Source of the DNA: Candidatus Jordarchaeia archaeon
Lineage (GTDB): Archaea > Asgardarchaeota > Jordiarchaeia > Jordiarchaeales > Jordiarchaeaceae
Length of the DNA stretch: 18,127 bases
Reading direction: 5' to 3'
Assembly: GCA_029856435.1 (NCBI GenBank)
Contig: JAHQXB010000031.1
Location: 1 to 18,127, forward strand
Part shown: one piece after another, positions 16,134-18,127 of the stretch
How the letters are laid out: each line of letters opens with the position of its first letter
How positions within the stretch are numbered: the stretch's first letter is position 1
The notes under the pieces: model-generated
The model's input: the letters and a program-made list of their open reading frames with translations, nothing else
Database searches by the model: none
What the model was told of the DNA's origin: nothing
Program-made: the position numbers and the translations under genes

Positions 16134-17654
16134 TTGGTGAATATGTTTGGCCTAGAAACTTTGGAGACTTCCCTAATTCCAGAGTGGGCTGAATGGTTAA
16201 TACAGCCGCCTGTCTCGGCTCAAGTGGTTTTCAGCAGTATACTTATTGTAACTTTTGCTTTGATCGCAACTGAACGCCTCCACAAAACTGTAGCAGCCAT
16301 GGGTGGGGCTGTGGCTACGCTTATTGCAGGCGGCGTTTTCTCTGAGCTCTATTCTTGGGTTCCCTACTTCACATATTATGTTTCGGGAGGGCTGGTAAGC
16401 CATGAACTGCTATTTTCCTATGATGATGTGTATAAGGAGTTTGTGAATTGGTCTACTTTGCTCATCATTATTTCCATAGTTGTTATCACCACGGTTGCCA
16501 GCCGCTCTGGACTCTTTGAATACATTATACTTAGGGTGGTGAAGTTTAGCGGTGGAGACATAAGGAAACTCTTCATTTACATTTGGGCTTTAACATTTGT
16601 CCTAACCATGCTTTTAAACTGTGATCCATGCTTCATCATAGTGAGTGTTCTTATTTTTCAGATAGTTAGAGTTCTGGATCTAAATCCAGTTCCCTACATA
16701 CTTGGCACGATTTTTGTGGTCAACGCGGCCAGTTCCTCCACAATTATAGGTAGCTTTGTTAACATTCTAGTATCTGGTCACTATAATTTGGACCCCACAC
16801 GTTTCCTCTCTTACCCCACATATCTAGTGCTAGGCTTACCCTTCGCAGCTATTTGCACAGTAGTCGCCATATTTTTCATTTTTCGCCACTTCAAAGAAGC
16901 ATTCCAAATTCCTAAAGACAAAGAAAGATACCTGGAAACAAGGGAAGAACTCTTATCTTTGGATGAAAGAATGTTAATGAGAAACCCAAAAATTTTCCGC
17001 CGCTTAGCCATCCTGCTTGTAATAACTGTGGCGGGATTCGTTATAGCAGGTTTGCTAACCATACCCTTCTACGTAGTATCCCTAATATTTGCTTTCGCCT
17101 TCTTGTTCGTGAGCGGCGAGGATCCGGAGAGAACCCTGAAGGAAGTGGACTGGAGCCTCATATTCTTCTTCATAGGAATATTCATAATAGTGGGTGGTGT
17201 AGATAGAACAAAAGTTCTGGAAATTATGGGAAACAGTCTCGGTAGCCTCATATTCTCCAATATTCCGGGCACCGCAAGCCTAGTAAGTGTATTCTGCGCC
17301 ACACTATCAGGGGTTCTGGATAACATTTCTGTAACCACCGCGCTGCTATATGTAACACCCAGCCTATCTGCATCCGCCCTGATAAACGAGAACCTTGTGA
17401 TATGGTCGCTGATATATGGAGCAAACATTGGAGCCAGCCTAACCCCCATAGGGGGCCTGCCAAACCTCATTGGAATAACGACCCTGGAAAAGGAAGGCTA
17501 CCACGTCTCTTGGGGTGAATTCATGAAGCTCGGAGTGCCCATCACGCTTGTGAGCCTCCTCATTGGAATACCTCTGCTGCTGGGGTTCGCCCACGTGCTA
17601 GGCTGGGGAGTGGACGCAACACACATAGTCTCACTGATTCTCGCCGGAGGATAA
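16134..17654 (+). CDS. ArsB/NhaD/CitMHS (P-protein-like) ion transporter superfamily permease
   Basis: IATERLHKTVAAMGGA, SGLFEYI, VNAASSSTIIGSFVNI, VDWSLIFFFIG, SGVLDNI, GANIGASLTPIGGLPNLI, SWGEFMKLG. SD GGAGG at 16124. Exact start (TTG 16134, GTG 16137 or ATG 16143) and substrate are unknown. Confidence 0.88.
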   Translation: MVNMFGLETLETSLIPEWAEWLIQPPVSAQVVFSSILIVTFALIATERLHKTVAAMGGAVATLIAGGVFSELYSWVPYFTYYVSGGLVSHELLFSYDDVYKEFVNWSTLLIIISIVVITTVASRSGLFEYIILRVVKFSGGDIRKLFIYIWALTFVLTMLLNCDPCFIIVSVLIFQIVRVLDLNPVPYILGTIFVVNAASSSTIIGSFVNILVSGHYNLDPTRFLSYPTYLVLGLPFAAICTVVAIFFIFRHFKEAFQIPKDKERYLETREELLSLDERMLMRNPKIFRRLAILLVITVAGFVIAGLLTIPFYVVSLIFAFAFLFVSGEDPERTLKEVDWSLIFFFIGIFIIVGGVDRTKVLEIMGNSLGSLIFSNIPGTASLVSVFCATLSGVLDNISVTTALLYVTPSLSASALINENLVIWSLIYGANIGASLTPIGGLPNLIGITTLEKEGYHVSWGEFMKLGVPITLVSLLIGIPLLLGFAHVLGWGVDATHIVSLILAGG

Positions 17655-17702
17655 TGCCTGCGGGGGTCGCATATCCTTACCTGCGCTTTGGGAGCTTGTG
17701 AA

Positions 17703-17903
17703 ATGAAAACAGAGTGCAATGTTGAAGAAAATCTGAAAGATTATAAATGCACTTCCTGCAGTAAAAGGGGTAAGTGCTGCGAATGTTTACGCAGTCACTG
17801 GAGAGGAGGCAAGCTCCCCGGCTGCTTGTTTCCACCCGAGTTGGAAAGGACATTTGACCGTTCATTAAAAACATTTATTGAGTACTATAAAGAACGAGTT
17901 TAA
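17703..17903 (+). CDS. Small Cys-rich protein, DUF6485-like
   Basis: EC...NL...CTSCSKRGKCCECL..H...KLPGCLFP...ERTFDRS matches the pattern I recall for DUF6485. ATG 17703 preferred. Confidence 0.75.
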   Translation: MKTECNVEENLKDYKCTSCSKRGKCCECLRSHWRGGKLPGCLFPPELERTFDRSLKTFIEYYKERV

Positions 17904-18127
17904 TTGCTAAAGATACACATTGATGTGGAAACTTTTTCCATATTCTTTTTGTGTTGAAGGAATAAAGGAGAACACCGTCTAACCATAAGTATTTAGACCC
18001 ATCACTTTTAAACGGATGTAGCAGTTTTCCCCTCGTCTATTTTTAGGGTTTCAGGAAAAGGTGTGCCAGAAAATATTTCTCCACATTTTTCTGCTCTTCC
18101 CTGTTAGTAGTTCAAAATAGAATCCAC

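Noticed and set aside
104-17719. Numerous minus-strand ORFs inside long plus-strand genes (e.g. 104..343, 2712..2942, 4516..4836, 5655..6164, 8348..8617, 11147..11443, 12160..12609, 14454..14807, 17069..17470) and off-frame plus ORFs (5974..6177, 6299..6598, 7892..8083)
   Set aside because: Shadow ORFs overlapping motif-supported genes; no family motifs or own SD/promoter.
17905-18127. 3' end of a minus-strand gene entering from the right edge
   Set aside because: All three minus frames contain stops within about 30-50 codons and show no recognisable motif.
1-18127. tRNA/rRNA genes
   Set aside because: No T-loop GTTCRA cloverleaf or rRNA conserved signatures seen on either strand.

Overview
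Archaeal chromosomal window. Evidence: topoisomerase VI operon, BRE/TATA promoters, GGAGG/GAGGTGA Shine-Dalgarno motifs. The divergent Top6B suggests an Asgard-like lineage (inference, not tested). Intact genes: nitronate monooxygenase/FabK-like flavoprotein; an apparent operon of acetoacetate-decarboxylase-family protein + GlcD-like FAD oxidoreductase + GlcF/HdrD-like CCG Fe-S protein; TauE/SafE exporter; alpha/beta hydrolase; top6B-top6A; HEAT-repeat protein; ArsB/NhaD-type transporter; small Cys-rich DUF6485-like protein. The intergenic DNA carries unannotated mobile-element debris. (i) The 3' end of a tnpB gene with an omegaRNA-like pseudoknotted right end, inserted into a DUF998-like gene. 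(ii) A protein-less, highly structured relative of that end at ~3843-4095 (candidate orphan omegaRNA/MITE). (iii) Two copies of a 49-bp IS608-like left-end/right-end fusion element (TTAC...TCAA). (iv) A 108-bp IS1-like MITE with a 9-bp target duplication. No rRNA, tRNA or CRISPR array was found. All family assignments come from motif reading, not database searches.
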